A stretch of 62,498 bases of DNA, counting the filler. It is 12 parts of 12 records of this genome, joined end to end, with 100 filler letters (N's around TTAATTAATTAA, not from the genome) between each part and the next. Parts side by side here need not be neighbours in the genome. Positions count along the whole stretch, not along the records: positions 20,681 to 23,767 come from SRR20825010_4499; positions 23,868 to 37,574 come from SRR20825010_4502; 10 more parts are not named here. One strand, written 5' to 3'. The first letter of the stretch is position 1. The number at the start of each line of letters is the position of its first letter. Under the pieces are notes generated by a model. The model searched no databases. It saw nothing but the letters and a program-made list of their open reading frames with translations, and was not told the origin of the DNA. A program made the translations under genes and the position numbers. Of the stretch, positions 23,203-33,340 are shown one piece after another.

Positions 23203-23767
23203 TTACTCTGCTGCGGTTGGGCGCGAGCGGCCCGTGCGCAAATCTTCCATTTCCTGCATCGCCCGGCGGTATTCGACAGGCATGACCTTGACGAATTTGG
23301 GACGGTATTGCTCCCAATTGTCCAGGATCAGCTTGGCGCGTGATGAGCCGGTATAGTGCAGATGGTTGGAAATGAGCTGGAACAGACGCTCGTCGTCATG
23401 CTTGGTCATGTCGCCGGAAACGTCGACCCGGCCGTGCCATTCGAGATCGCCACCGTGGTGGTGGATCTTGCGCATCAGCTCTTCTTCCTCGGTGACGGGT
23501 TCGAGATCGACCATGGCGAGGTTGCAGCGCGAGCGGAAGGTTTCCTCCTCGTCGAGCACGTAAGCGACACCACCGGACATCCCGGCGGCGAAGTTGCGGC
23601 CGGTCTTGCCGATGACCACGACGACACCGCCGGTCATGTATTCACAGCCGTGATCGCCAGTGCCTTCGACAACGGCGATGGCGCCCGAGTTGCGCACGGC
23701 GAAACGCTCGCCGGCCACGCCGCGGAAATAGCATTCGCCCTCGATGGCGCCGTAAAGCACGGTGTTG
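23203..23767 (-). CDS. gltB: Glutamate synthase large subunit, 5' partial
   Basis: [30 protein letters not shown]. Confidence 0.96.
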
Positions 23768-23867
23768 NNNNNNNNNNNNNNNNNNNNNNNNNNNNNNNNN
23801 NNNNNNNNNNNTTAATTAATTAANNNNNNNNNNNNNNNNNNNNNNNNNNNNNNNNNNNNNNNNNNNN

Positions 23868-23937
23868 GAAACCAGCTCCCTGCTAAGGAGCCATACGGGA
23901 AACTGTATCGCGGGTTCGAATCCCGCCCTCTCCGCCA
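23868..23937 (+). tRNA. tRNA-Ser(GCT), 5' end cut by contig start
   Basis: Anticodon arm GCTCC-CT-GCT-AA-GGAGC, long variable arm, T-arm GCGGG-TTCGAAT-CCCGC, 3' GCCA. Confidence 0.92.
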
Positions 23938-23943
23938 TATTAG

Positions 23944-23971
23944 AAAACGCCCCGCAATGCGGGGCGTTTTT
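23944..23971 (+). terminator. Intrinsic terminator after tRNA-Ser
   Basis: AAAACGCCCCGC-AAT-GCGGGGCGTTTTT. Confidence 0.85.
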
Positions 23972-24119
23972 GTTTGTGGCGCCTGTCCTTGCTGTTGTTC
24001 TGGATAGATGCCGCCGCAAGCGGGCGCTCATGTTCCTCGTGCTCTGCCTTGACACCAACTTGCGCTACACTACGCCCCCGAAACGCCCCACGAATCTCCA
24101 CGGTAAAGAAGGTGACGCC

Positions 24120-25154
24120 ATGACCGATACCCTGACCATTGCCCGTCCTGATGACTGGCATCTGCATTTCCGCGACGGTGATTTGCTGGCGGAAACCGTG
24201 CCGGCCACGGCCAATGTATTCGGTCGGGCCATCGTGATGCCCAACCTGAACCCGCCGGTGAACACGGTGGCCCAGGCCGCAGAGTATCGTGAGCGCATCA
24301 TGGCGCAGGTGTCAGCAGGGGTGAGTTTTGAGCCATTGATGGTGCTGTATCTCACCGACAGCACCCCAGTGGAGGAAGTGGAGCGCGCAGCCAACAGCGA
24401 TTTTGTGCATGCGTTCAAGCTCTATCCCGCCGGCGCGACCACAAACTCTGCCAGTGGGGTCACCGACCCGGGCAAGATTACCCATCTGTACGAGGCCATG
24501 GAAAAGCACGATGTGCCGCTGCTGGTGCACGGGGAAGTGACCGATGCGGACATCGATATCTTCGACCGTGAAAAGGTATTTATTGATCGTTACCTGAATA
24601 CCATCCGCAGCCAGTTTCCGGCGTTGCGTATTGTGTTTGAACACGTGACCACCTCGGAAGGCGTCAACTTTGTGCGCGAAGCCAACGCGCTGACTGCAGC
24701 GACAGTGACGCCCCAGCACCTGCTGATGAACCGCAACGATCTGCTGGTGGGCGGCGTGCGCCCGCACAATTACTGCCTGCCGATTCTCAAGCGTCGCCAG
24801 CATCAGGAAGCCATTCAGAAAGCGGTGATTGATGGCCACAGCCGTTTTTTCCTGGGCACGGATTCCGCTCCGCACGCCCGTAACAAGAAAGAAGCGGCCT
24901 GTGGCTGCGCGGGGTGTTACTCGGCGCGTGCGGCACTGCCGCTGTATGCCACTTTCCTGGAGCAGCATAACGCGCTGGACAAGCTGGAAGGGTTTGCCAG
25001 CCACTTTGGTGCCGATTTCTATCGCCTGCCGCGCCACACCGACACCGTGATCCTGCAACGCAAACCCTGGGACGTGCCCGCGGTAATCGATGCCGCCGGG
25101 GAGCCGGTGGTGCCGTTCTTTGCCGGTGAGCAGTTACCCTGGTCGCTGGGCTGA
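24120..25154 (+). CDS. pyrC: Dihydroorotase
   Basis: PDDWHLHFRDG, MPNL, KLYPAGATTNS, HGE, CLPILK, GTDSAPH. Confidence 0.96.
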   Translation: MTDTLTIARPDDWHLHFRDGDLLAETVPATANVFGRAIVMPNLNPPVNTVAQAAEYRERIMAQVSAGVSFEPLMVLYLTDSTPVEEVERAANSDFVHAFKLYPAGATTNSASGVTDPGKITHLYEAMEKHDVPLLVHGEVTDADIDIFDREKVFIDRYLNTIRSQFPALRIVFEHVTTSEGVNFVREANALTAATVTPQHLLMNRNDLLVGGVRPHNYCLPILKRRQHQEAIQKAVIDGHSRFFLGTDSAPHARNKKEAACGCAGCYSARAALPLYATFLEQHNALDKLEGFASHFGADFYRLPRHTDTVILQRKPWDVPAVIDAAGEPVVPFFAGEQLPWSLG

Positions 25155-25159
25155 TTGCT

Positions 25160-26194
25160 GTGGAAGAACGGATTCCGGTGGTGGTGCTCACCGGCTTTCT
25201 GGGTAGTGGCAAGACCACGCTGCTCAACCGCTGGCTGAACGAGCGCAGCGATGTAGCCTTGATCATTAACGAGCTGGGCGATATCGGCATTGATCAGCAT
25301 CTCACCGGCACCGATGGAGTGTCGGTCTCGTTGCTGGCCGGCGGCTGCCTGTGCTGCGTGATTCAGGGCTCCCTGTCCACCACGTTGCGCAACCTGTTCA
25401 TGGCCCGTAAAAACGGCGAGATTCCCGCATTCACGGCGGTAGTGATTGAAACCAGCGGCGCGGCCGACCCCTTCGGTGTGGTGGCGCCACTGGAACAGGA
25501 CCCCTGGTTGCGAAAGCGCTTTGTTTGCCAGTCGGTGCTGACCGTGGTTGATACCTGCGCCGGTGCCGATGCGATTGCCGAGCACCCGGAAGTGTTGGAG
25601 CAAATCCACGGCGCCGATGTGCTGCTGCTTTCCAAGGCGGAACAGGCCGAGCCTCCTGCCGTCCAGGCGTTGCAGGCGCAGCTGCACGGCCTGAATGCAA
25701 CGGCGCGGCAATACCGGCTGGATACCGACTTTCCTGATGCGACCTTGCTTGATGAATCGTTTCCACGTCGTTGCCGGGTGACTGGCCTGTTTGCCCCTGT
25801 GGGGGGAGCGACGCTTGCCGCTCAGTCACTTGCGCTGGTTCCCGCGGAGAAGCAGGCGTCCCGCCATAATCTGTTCAGCGCTTCGATGCGGTGGCCTCAT
25901 GGTCTGGACTGGCCATTATGGCAGGCCGCGCTTCAGCAGCTGCAGGCACAATGTGGCGATGCATTGGTGCGAGTGAAAGGGTTGTTGCAGGTGAACGGGC
26001 TGGATGGCCCCATGCTGGTTCAGTGGGTGGCGCAACAGGCGCCGGAGATGACACCACAGAACCTGTGGCCGGATCAGGACACCGATTCGCGTCTGGTGCT
26101 GATTGTGCGCCACCCTCAGGCTGACTTCCCGGCCCGACTGCTGGCACACTGGGAAACGCTGTTGAATCAGTTACAGGTTGCCCCTTCGGCCTGA
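25160..26194 (+). CDS. COG0523/CobW G3E GTPase metallochaperone
   Basis: GFLGSGKTT, INELG, GGCLCC, IETSG, SK.E, RVKG, SRLVLI. Confidence 0.88.
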   Translation: MEERIPVVVLTGFLGSGKTTLLNRWLNERSDVALIINELGDIGIDQHLTGTDGVSVSLLAGGCLCCVIQGSLSTTLRNLFMARKNGEIPAFTAVVIETSGAADPFGVVAPLEQDPWLRKRFVCQSVLTVVDTCAGADAIAEHPEVLEQIHGADVLLLSKAEQAEPPAVQALQAQLHGLNATARQYRLDTDFPDATLLDESFPRRCRVTGLFAPVGGATLAAQSLALVPAEKQASRHNLFSASMRWPHGLDWPLWQAALQQLQAQCGDALVRVKGLLQVNGLDGPMLVQWVAQQAPEMTPQNLWPDQDTDSRLVLIVRHPQADFPARLLAHWETLLNQLQVAPSA

Positions 26195-26238
26195 ATGTCC
26201 GGTCTGATCAACGCTCGCCTGATTGTTGCGGAGTCCTT

Positions 26239-26568
26239 ATGGGTTACCTGTATTTATCTATCGCCATTGTGGCTGAAGTGGTGGCTACTTCGGCGCTGAA
26301 TGCGTCCCAGGGGTTCACCCGGTTGTGGCCATCGGTGATCACGGTGGTGGGCTATTGCGTTGCGTTTTATGCGCTTTCCCTGACTTTGCGCACTATTCCC
26401 ATGGGGATAGCCTATGCGGTCTGGGCGGGAGTGGGTATCGTACTGATTGCCCTGGTGGGGGCGCTGTTTTTCAAACAAACCCCGGACTTACCCGCCATGC
26501 TGGGCATGGGTTTTATTATTGCGGGTGTGGTGCTGGTCACGCTGGTGTCCAGCACCGCCAGCCATTGA
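26239..26568 (+). CDS. SMR family multidrug efflux protein (EmrE/QacE-like)
   Basis: 109 aa, 4 TM, AI.AEV (conserved Glu), IAYAVWAG. Confidence 0.92.
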   Translation: MGYLYLSIAIVAEVVATSALNASQGFTRLWPSVITVVGYCVAFYALSLTLRTIPMGIAYAVWAGVGIVLIALVGALFFKQTPDLPAMLGMGFIIAGVVLVTLVSSTASH

Positions 26569-26615
26569 ATAGCGCTAATGCATGAATTGCGCTGAATGAA
26601 TGACAAGGAGAGGTC

Positions 26616-28772
26616 GTGACGGATCGAATCAATCAGGTAGAGCAGGCGGTAGACCGGGTCATTGAGGCCACTGGCGGCGAGATTCGCCTGGCCATGCCGC
26701 TTGGGCTGGGTAAGCCCAACCGGTTTGTGAACGCACTGTATGCACGTGTGGAAGCGGACCCGTCCCTGAGCCTGGATATCTATACGGCCTTGTCCCTGGG
26801 CAAACCGGGGGCCGGCAGCGAGCTGGAGAAACGTTTTCTTAATCCCTTTGCGGATCGCTTGTTCGGCGATTATGAAGCGTTGAGCTACCTGGCGGCGCAA
26901 AAGCGTGGAAACCTGCCCGCCAACATTCGGGTGTTCGAATTTTTCGTGCAGCCCGGCAGCATGCTGGGCAGTGACGTAGCCCAGCAACATTACATCAGCA
27001 GTAACTACACGCATGTGGCGCGGGACCTCAACGCGCGAGGCGTGAATGTGGTGGCGCAATTGCTGGCTCACCGGCAGGTGGATGGTAACGACGAGTACAG
27101 TTTTTCCTGCAACCCGGAAGTGACGCTCGATCTGATGCCCTTGCTCAAGGCTCGCCGGGAAGCCGGTGAAACCATCGTGGCCGTGGGGCAGGTGCATCGG
27201 GATCTGCCGTTTATGGGGAACGATGCCCGGGTGGATGACTGGCTACCGGAGATGGACCTGTTGGTGGATGACCCGGAAGGGCATACCCGCCTGTTCAGCA
27301 CCCCGAATATGCCAGTCAATATTCAGGATCATTTTGTCGGGCTGCACGCCAGCACGCTGGTGCGCGATGGCGGTACCTTGCAAATCGGTATCGGCGCCCT
27401 GGGCGATGCGCTGGTGCATCATCTTCGGCTGCGCGAACAGGATAACCCCCGCTACCTGAATGCGCTGAAGGCCTGGGCTGTGCCGCCGGAGCATGATGCC
27501 TTGATTCAGCGGGAAGGGGGCACAGGCGTCTTTCGTGAGGGCCTGTACGGTTGCAGCGAAATGATGACCCATGGCCTGCTGACCTTGATTGACGATGGCA
27601 TCATTCGCCGCCCGGTCTATGACTGGGCACCACTGCAGCGTCTGGAAATGCATAATCCGGCAACGCCTGGGCTGGCGCTGCTGGATGCCTTGCGCGAACA
27701 GTCGGCAATCAGTCGGCGGCTGGACCGCGCGCAGCTGCGCACCCTGAAACGGTTCGGCATTTTCCGCGACGGCATTAGCAAAAACGGCGATGAACTCCAG
27801 CTACCCAACGACGTGACGGTACCCAATGATCTGGACGATCGCACCACCCGTGAAGCCCTGAAAGCGGTGTTCGGCGACAGCCTGGCCGGTGGCGTGGTGA
27901 TGCACGGTGGCTTTTTCCTGGGACCCCGGGATTTCTACGCGCGCTTGCGGGAGATGACGGACCAGGAACGCGACAGAATCAACATGACGCGGATCAGTTT
28001 CATCAATCACCTCTACGGCGATGAAACCCTGAATCGTTTGCAGCGTCAGGATGCGCGCTTTATCAATACTGCGTTCACGGTCACCTTATTGGGCGCCGTG
28101 GCCTCGGACCAGATTGAAGATGGTCGCGTGCTCAGTGGTGTGGGCGGGCAATATAACTTCGTCAGCCAGGCCCATGAGCTGGAAGGCGCGCGTTCCATTT
28201 TGATGGTGCGGGCATGGCGCGAGCGCGGTGGTGAGGCCATGAGTAATGTGGTGTTCAGCTATGGGCACAACACTATTCCCCGACACCTGCGCGATATGGT
28301 CGTTACCGAATATGGTGTGGCGGATCTGCGTGGCAAGACCGATGAAGAAGTGGTGATGGCCATGCTGAACGTGGCCGATAGCCGTTTCCAGGTGGAGTTG
28401 ATGGAGCAGGCCCAGGCGGCGGGAAAGCTGCGCCAGGATTATCAGATTCCCGAGGCGCACCGTCGCAATAATCCTGAGCATCTTCATGAGATTGCCGAAC
28501 AGTACGGCAAGGAAAGCTTCCCGGTTTTCCCGTTGGGCACGGATTTCACCGAGGTAGAGCAGCGTTTGATGACGGCGCTCACCTGGCTGAAGGAGAAAGT
28601 CAGCCACAAGGAGTATCTGAAGTTGGGCCGCAAAGCGTTGTTTAACGAAGGCAGTCCAGCCGAGTTTGCGGCGCAGCTGGATCGTATGGCGCTGACGGAT
28701 CCGGATGGGGTGCGTGAGCATATTTTTCAGCGTCTGTTGCTGACTGCACTGGAAGCCACGCAGGAAAAATAG
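26616..28772 (+). CDS. Acetyl-CoA hydrolase/transferase family protein (long form)
   Basis: PLGLGKPN, SCNPE, GTLQIGIG, SGVGGQYNF, VTEYGVADLRGK. Confidence 0.88.
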   Translation: MTDRINQVEQAVDRVIEATGGEIRLAMPLGLGKPNRFVNALYARVEADPSLSLDIYTALSLGKPGAGSELEKRFLNPFADRLFGDYEALSYLAAQKRGNLPANIRVFEFFVQPGSMLGSDVAQQHYISSNYTHVARDLNARGVNVVAQLLAHRQVDGNDEYSFSCNPEVTLDLMPLLKARREAGETIVAVGQVHRDLPFMGNDARVDDWLPEMDLLVDDPEGHTRLFSTPNMPVNIQDHFVGLHASTLVRDGGTLQIGIGALGDALVHHLRLREQDNPRYLNALKAWAVPPEHDALIQREGGTGVFREGLYGCSEMMTHGLLTLIDDGIIRRPVYDWAPLQRLEMHNPATPGLALLDALREQSAISRRLDRAQLRTLKRFGIFRDGISKNGDELQLPNDVTVPNDLDDRTTREALKAVFGDSLAGGVVMHGGFFLGPRDFYARLREMTDQERDRINMTRISFINHLYGDETLNRLQRQDARFINTAFTVTLLGAVASDQIEDGRVLSGVGGQYNFVSQAHELEGARSILMVRAWRERGGEAMSNVVFSYGHNTIPRHLRDMVVTEYGVADLRGKTDEEVVMAMLNVADSRFQVELMEQAQAAGKLRQDYQIPEAHRRNNPEHLHEIAEQYGKESFPVFPLGTDFTEVEQRLMTALTWLKEKVSHKEYLKLGRKALFNEGSPAEFAAQLDRMALTDPDGVREHIFQRLLLTALEATQEK

Positions 28773-28830
28773 CGTTGGTCATTAGCCAATAACGGTGGGG
28801 CAGCGGTGCCGCCCCGCCGTTGCAAGGGCG

Positions 28831-29361
28831 TTATTTCTTTTCGTCTTTATGGCTGGCTGCAGGCGCTTTTTTCTCTGGGCGCGGGCGGCTTCCGGAGAGG
28901 GCGCGCCAGAAAGGAATGCGGCGTGTGACGGCAACCATTTCATCGACACTGTCGCTGATGCCGGACAGGCGATCCACCGTGTCACGCAAGCCCACCAGCT
29001 CGTCCACATGCTCGGAAATCTTGAACACCACCATGTAGAATTCCAGTAGTGCCCGCAACACCGATGCCGCCACCAGAAACGTGAGCGGCGCGGCAAAGAA
29101 AAAGTAAAAAATGCCGCGCCAGGTGGATGCCATAAAGGCTTCTACGCAAAGGTACAGCAGGCCCATGGCGATGGCGGTCAGGGCAATGCCGTAGACCCCC
29201 GGCATGACCTGAATAATCATGTATTTGTCGAACTTGAAGTTGAACAGTTCGCGCCAGTATTGAACCACCCAGAAGTAACCTCGGCGGATTTTTTCGTTGA
29301 ATTTTTCCGGTGCGGGCGGCTGGAGAGTCTCCTCGCTGGCATCGCGTTGTTGATCTACCAT
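28831..29361 (-). CDS. DUF4282-like membrane protein
   Basis: F.FDKY, two TM helices, R..LEF..V.F.I. Confidence 0.6.
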   Translation of the reverse strand: MVDQQRDASEETLQPPAPEKFNEKIRRGYFWVVQYWRELFNFKFDKYMIIQVMPGVYGIALTAIAMGLLYLCVEAFMASTWRGIFYFFFAAPLTFLVAASVLRALLEFYMVVFKISEHVDELVGLRDTVDRLSGISDSVDEMVAVTRRIPFWRALSGSRPRPEKKAPAASHKDEKK

Positions 29362-30392
29362 TTTGCGTACTGCTCCTCGACAAAACCGTAGTGGCGTTCG
29401 ATTGGCAGGCGGCGCCCGTCATCCAGGCGAAGCTCGCCATCGAAGTGACCAAACAGCTGGTTGAAATTGCTGGCAAACAGGCCCAGGTTGAGGCGCTCTT
29501 TGTGGTTTCCATTGGGGGTGAACTGAAGGTGTACCCGGCCGCACAGGCTGCGGATTGTCCAGGGTTGCATCAGCTCGTCACGGTTGTAATCAAATATCAC
29601 TCCGCCGGTGGGGACCATGGCATCATCGATCCACAGGCAGTTCTCTGAAAAGGTTGTCTCATTGACACCACAGGACAGGTTGAGCCCGACCCGAGTATCA
29701 CCAACCCGGGTAGACAGGCAGGCCCAGTTCCAGAATGTTTCACGGCGCATATAACCGGCGGAAAAATCATGGTGGCCGTTGGCGTCGATGGCGCTCAGGT
29801 CCGTGTGTTTGCCCTGACGTTGTAATGAGCCGGTGACGGCTTTACCCGCGACCTTGTTGGCATAGACCCAGCCGTTAATGCCGGTACGGGTGCACAGGGA
29901 CATGGGCTGGTATGTGGGGCCCTCGTCCATATGGGCTTCCAGTGCCAGGTCATCCAGCTTGATTGACAGGCTTTTACTCAATGCTCCCTGGGCGTCTTGC
30001 TGGTAGCCCAGTCGGATATCCACGTTTTTTTGCCGGAATACGCTTTCGCCCTGTTGCGGTGATGAGGACATGCGCAGGTCCCTGCCCAGGGGGGACCGCC
30101 AGGTGTATTCGTGCAGGGCGCCAGTTTGCGGTTCAAACAGGTAGAAAAAAGCCATGCCTAGGTAGCCGGTATGGGCAAAGGCGCAGCCGGCCAGCAGCTC
30201 ATCACTGATGATGCCGAAATACTGGAACTGTTTGTAATGAAAATGCCGGGCAAAGGAAGAGGCTGGTTTGCCCATCGGGGTGCGGTAATCCGCCGCACGG
30301 CCGTTAATGCTTGCCACGGTTTTCGGGAATACACCGAAAGCAACTCGACCCTGGTTGTCCACCAGTGCCGGCGGTTGTTGTTGAAATGTCAT
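29355..30392 (-). CDS. DUF2804-like protein
   Basis: KQFQYF, D.SAGYMRRET.WNWA, NETTFSEN, SNFNQLFG, terminal E...AKW; ATGA overlap with upstream gene. Confidence 0.75.
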   Translation of the reverse strand: MTFQQQPPALVDNQGRVAFGVFPKTVASINGRAADYRTPMGKPASSFARHFHYKQFQYFGIISDELLAGCAFAHTGYLGMAFFYLFEPQTGALHEYTWRSPLGRDLRMSSSPQQGESVFRQKNVDIRLGYQQDAQGALSKSLSIKLDDLALEAHMDEGPTYQPMSLCTRTGINGWVYANKVAGKAVTGSLQRQGKHTDLSAIDANGHHDFSAGYMRRETFWNWACLSTRVGDTRVGLNLSCGVNETTFSENCLWIDDAMVPTGGVIFDYNRDELMQPWTIRSLCGRVHLQFTPNGNHKERLNLGLFASNFNQLFGHFDGELRLDDGRRLPIERHYGFVEEQYAKW

Positions 30393-31201
30393 GGGGTTGG
30401 CCAACTGACAGGAACAATGAAGCCCGGTTGGTCATGGTGAGGGCCCGTGACCATGAGCGCGCGTGAATGGCTTTCAACATAGTCAATCACGGTGGCGCGA
30501 TCAACGAAATTGGTACCTTTGTCTGACATAAATGGCGTGGGCCAGAACGGTCGCTCAATGATTGACCAGGGGCCGTCTTCCAGCTCGTCGGTGGTGCGCC
30601 ACCAGCCTCGTTCGTGGCCGGGGCCTGGTTTCACATCGCCGGGTGGAATAGCGCGATGATAGAAGAGCCTGCCGCGGGTCAGCAGAGCCTGGCCGTGCAC
30701 CTCCCAGCCTTGTTCGGCCAGCTGGCTGCGGGCAATGCCGGATTGCGAGCGAGGCAGTTGTTGTTGGTAGAGGTGATGGGCCTTGCGGGACAGGGTGTCG
30801 TGGCGATTGGGGCCATACCATTGCTCGGCGGTGGCCAGGTAGAACTTGAGCGCCAGCTCCCAGTGCCACAGTTCGCCGCTGAGCCGGTCGCGGACCAGCA
30901 TGTCCAGCTCGCCCAGGGTGCGTCCTTGCTCGCGAATGGGCAGGTTGCTGGCAATGCGCTCCAGTCCCGGGCTGGCATCCACCAGTGCCGCGACCCACTG
31001 CTCGAAGATCAGCCCCAGGCGCCGTGGGGCGGAACGGGACTGTAATTGAGCTGCGGCACGATGAAGTAATGCCGGATCTGCTTGCAGCTCTCGCTGCAGC
31101 AGGTGTCCGGCATCCTGGAAGGGGGCGCAGGGCAACAGGGCGGGAGCCTGAACCAGCCAGTCTAGCTGGCGGAGCAGGGTGTCTGTTGCGTTGAGGGTCA
31201 T
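30389..31201 (-). CDS. DUF1853-like PD-(D/E)XK-fold protein
   Basis: RLGL.FE, TLGELD, HWELALKFYL, GPN..D.L. Confidence 0.78.
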   Translation of the reverse strand: MTLNATDTLLRQLDWLVQAPALLPCAPFQDAGHLLQRELQADPALLHRAAAQLQSRSAPRRLGLIFEQWVAALVDASPGLERIASNLPIREQGRTLGELDMLVRDRLSGELWHWELALKFYLATAEQWYGPNRHDTLSRKAHHLYQQQLPRSQSGIARSQLAEQGWEVHGQALLTRGRLFYHRAIPPGDVKPGPGHERGWWRTTDELEDGPWSIIERPFWPTPFMSDKGTNFVDRATVIDYVESHSRALMVTGPHHDQPGFIVPVSWPTP

Positions 31202-31761
31202 TACACCGATGTAGGCACCGATACGGGGCGTTCTTCACGTTTTTTCAGGGCACTGCGAACCTCGTCGGCCCAGTGCAGCCAGGCCTGCTGATCAAGAATG
31301 CCCCGGCGCAGGGTTAGGTAGGTAAACAGGTCACGGTCGCGGCTGGTGTCATCCAGTTTGCTGGCCAGTGACTCGAAGGTGTTCAGCCGTTCACGGCGCA
31401 GGTCGGCCTGGTCGTCCAGTTCCCGCAGTATGGACGCGCTGTCGGACAGATCGCCGCCGGCAATCTTGACCATGAACGCATCGCGGATGCGCGGTGGTGC
31501 GGCTGGCTTGCGAAGCCAGCGAATTAACTCGTCGCGTCCTTCATCCGTGATCCGGTACAGTTTCTTGTCCGGTTTGCCGTCCTGGGGGATATGGCGATAT
31601 TTCACCATGCTCTGGTCGTTCAGCTTCCCCAGCTCCAGATAAATCTGTTGGTGGGTGGCGTTCCATACCAGCCCAATACTGTTGGCAAATTCGCGAGCGA
31701 GGTCGTAACCGCTGGCTTCCTGGTCTTGTAGCAGGACAAGTATGGCATGGCGCAAAGACAC
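31201..31761 (-). CDS. PadR family transcriptional regulator
   Basis: MSLRHAIL, SGYDL, QIYLEL, PDKKLY.IT..GR. Confidence 0.92.
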   Translation of the reverse strand: MSLRHAILVLLQDQEASGYDLAREFANSIGLVWNATHQQIYLELGKLNDQSMVKYRHIPQDGKPDKKLYRITDEGRDELIRWLRKPAAPPRIRDAFMVKIAGGDLSDSASILRELDDQADLRRERLNTFESLASKLDDTSRDRDLFTYLTLRRGILDQQAWLHWADEVRSALKKREERPVSVPTSV

Positions 31762-31940
31762 GGCTCACTCCTCGTTTTTTTGTGATGTAATACCAATTTG
31801 ATAGTAGAGAGCTGTGTAGTTGCTGCGCAATCCGTTGAATAAGTAGTTTTGTAAAAACTTGGTGAAGTTAGCCTACAAGACCCGGTAAGTGTAAGTATTT
31901 GTTATCAAAAGAGATGCACTGTGTAGGCCGTGTAGCGGAT

Positions 31941-31980
31941 AAAAGAAAACGACGTTGCACTTCCATGTCAGTGCAACGTC
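31941..31980 (-). terminator. Probable terminator hairpin
   Basis: GACGTTGCACT / AGTGCAACGTC stem, T-rich tail on the minus strand after the 31993 stop. Confidence 0.6.
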
Positions 31981-31992
31981 AGCGGGGTTGTC

Positions 31993-32682
31993 TTAGCGGG
32001 TGCGAGGGGGAAAGGAGAGCAGCATGCTTTCCTGATACTGCGCCGAAGCGAGCAGCTGCTCCGGCCCCAGCTTGGGGATCAGGTTGCTGATCAGACTCCG
32101 GCTGGCCTTGCGGGTGGTTTCCACGCCCACGTTGGCGACTTTGCGTAGCACCGGGCCGAAGCCAAGCAGGGCCATGGGGCGCTGGAAGTACCAGTCGATC
32201 GCTTCATCGGTGAGCGTGAGCAGGTAGGCCGCCAGTTCGCGGCGGGCCTTGTCTTCTTCTCCCTGCTGGCACAAGCGGATGACCTCCCTGCACTGGGCGC
32301 AGTGCGCCTCGCTAACGGGGAAGGCCACATACCAGTGGTCGCCATCGGTGGCAGGGTGACGCACCTGATCCATATAGTCTGCGGCGGCCTGGTTCTGCGC
32401 CAGGTCCATTTTTTTTGCGCTGCGGCCGATCACCAGGTGAGTGGTTTTGCTGATGGTACTACAGGTCATGTTGACCACTTTGAACATGCCGGGGCTCAGA
32501 TCCGCAGCCTGTGCCGCGCGGGTGATGAAGGCGGCCAGGGCTTCCTCGATAAACTGGGCCATGATGGCCTCAATTTCCTTGGGTTCCGAGCGTTTGGCGC
32601 CACTGTTCATGCGCTGGATAAAAGCGTCGGTACGCTGATGAAGGCTGTCACTGGAGCGGAAGGCCACATGGGGAGTTGTCAT
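31993..32682 (-). CDS. Hypothetical helical protein
   Basis: Long ORF with gene-like codon usage; halves look internally duplicated (VAF..S..L / VAFPVS). Confidence 0.65.
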   Translation of the reverse strand: MTTPHVAFRSSDSLHQRTDAFIQRMNSGAKRSEPKEIEAIMAQFIEEALAAFITRAAQAADLSPGMFKVVNMTCSTISKTTHLVIGRSAKKMDLAQNQAAADYMDQVRHPATDGDHWYVAFPVSEAHCAQCREVIRLCQQGEEDKARRELAAYLLTLTDEAIDWYFQRPMALLGFGPVLRKVANVGVETTRKASRSLISNLIPKLGPEQLLASAQYQESMLLSFPPRTR

Positions 32683-32853
32683 TCTTTTATTCCTTTCAGG
32701 CAATCAGGCTCAAAGGTGCCATCTTACCCAGCGGGTATTCAGGGATGAATGACCCAAAGTGGTGGCCGGGTGGCTATTTCTTTTTCCCGGCGAATGGCAG
32801 ATGATTCGCGACCGGCAAGAAACCCGCGTGATGGCGGGCCTTAGGAGAATGTC

Positions 32854-33321
32854 ATGTTAGGCGTCGTGAACGCGGATGCGGACCAGGTAAAACGCTGGTT
32901 GCAGCAGGCCAATATCCAGCACTATATCTGTGAGCACTGCCATGCGTTGCACCTGTCTGAGTTGCAGGGCCGTGAAGGGGTGGTGGATGCGCGGCTATTC
33001 GTGGAAGACGATGGTATCTTGCTGACCAGTGAACTGGAGGTGCGCCCGGCCGCTTTGTTTGCAGTACAGGCGGAATTGAGCCGGCTGAACATGGCGTATC
33101 CGTCGGTGAAGCTGTTTCTGGACGTGAACGATGATTCCCTGCCTCGTCTGGTCGTGTGCGATCTGCTACTGGGGCGTAATGGGGTGACCTTCGAGCAGTT
33201 CATCTATTTTGTGCAGGCGACGGTGGATGCCACCTCGCAATTGCTGGATGAATGCCAGGAGGAAGGCTGGCTGCTATGGCCAGACGACTTTGATCCTGAC
33301 GCCGGTGGGGCGTTGCACTAA
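32854..33321 (+). CDS. YbjN-domain protein
   Basis: AGGAG RBS, YICEHCHALH, LSRLNM..P.VKLFLD. Confidence 0.7.
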   Translation: MLGVVNADADQVKRWLQQANIQHYICEHCHALHLSELQGREGVVDARLFVEDDGILLTSELEVRPAALFAVQAELSRLNMAYPSVKLFLDVNDDSLPRLVVCDLLLGRNGVTFEQFIYFVQATVDATSQLLDECQEEGWLLWPDDFDPDAGGALH

Positions 33322-33340
33322 CAACGAGAGGGCGCAGCCT

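Noticed and set aside
23868-23937. Truncated tRNA as an att site of an island
   Set aside because: Truncation coincides with the contig start; terminator and core gene pyrC follow, and no integrase is present
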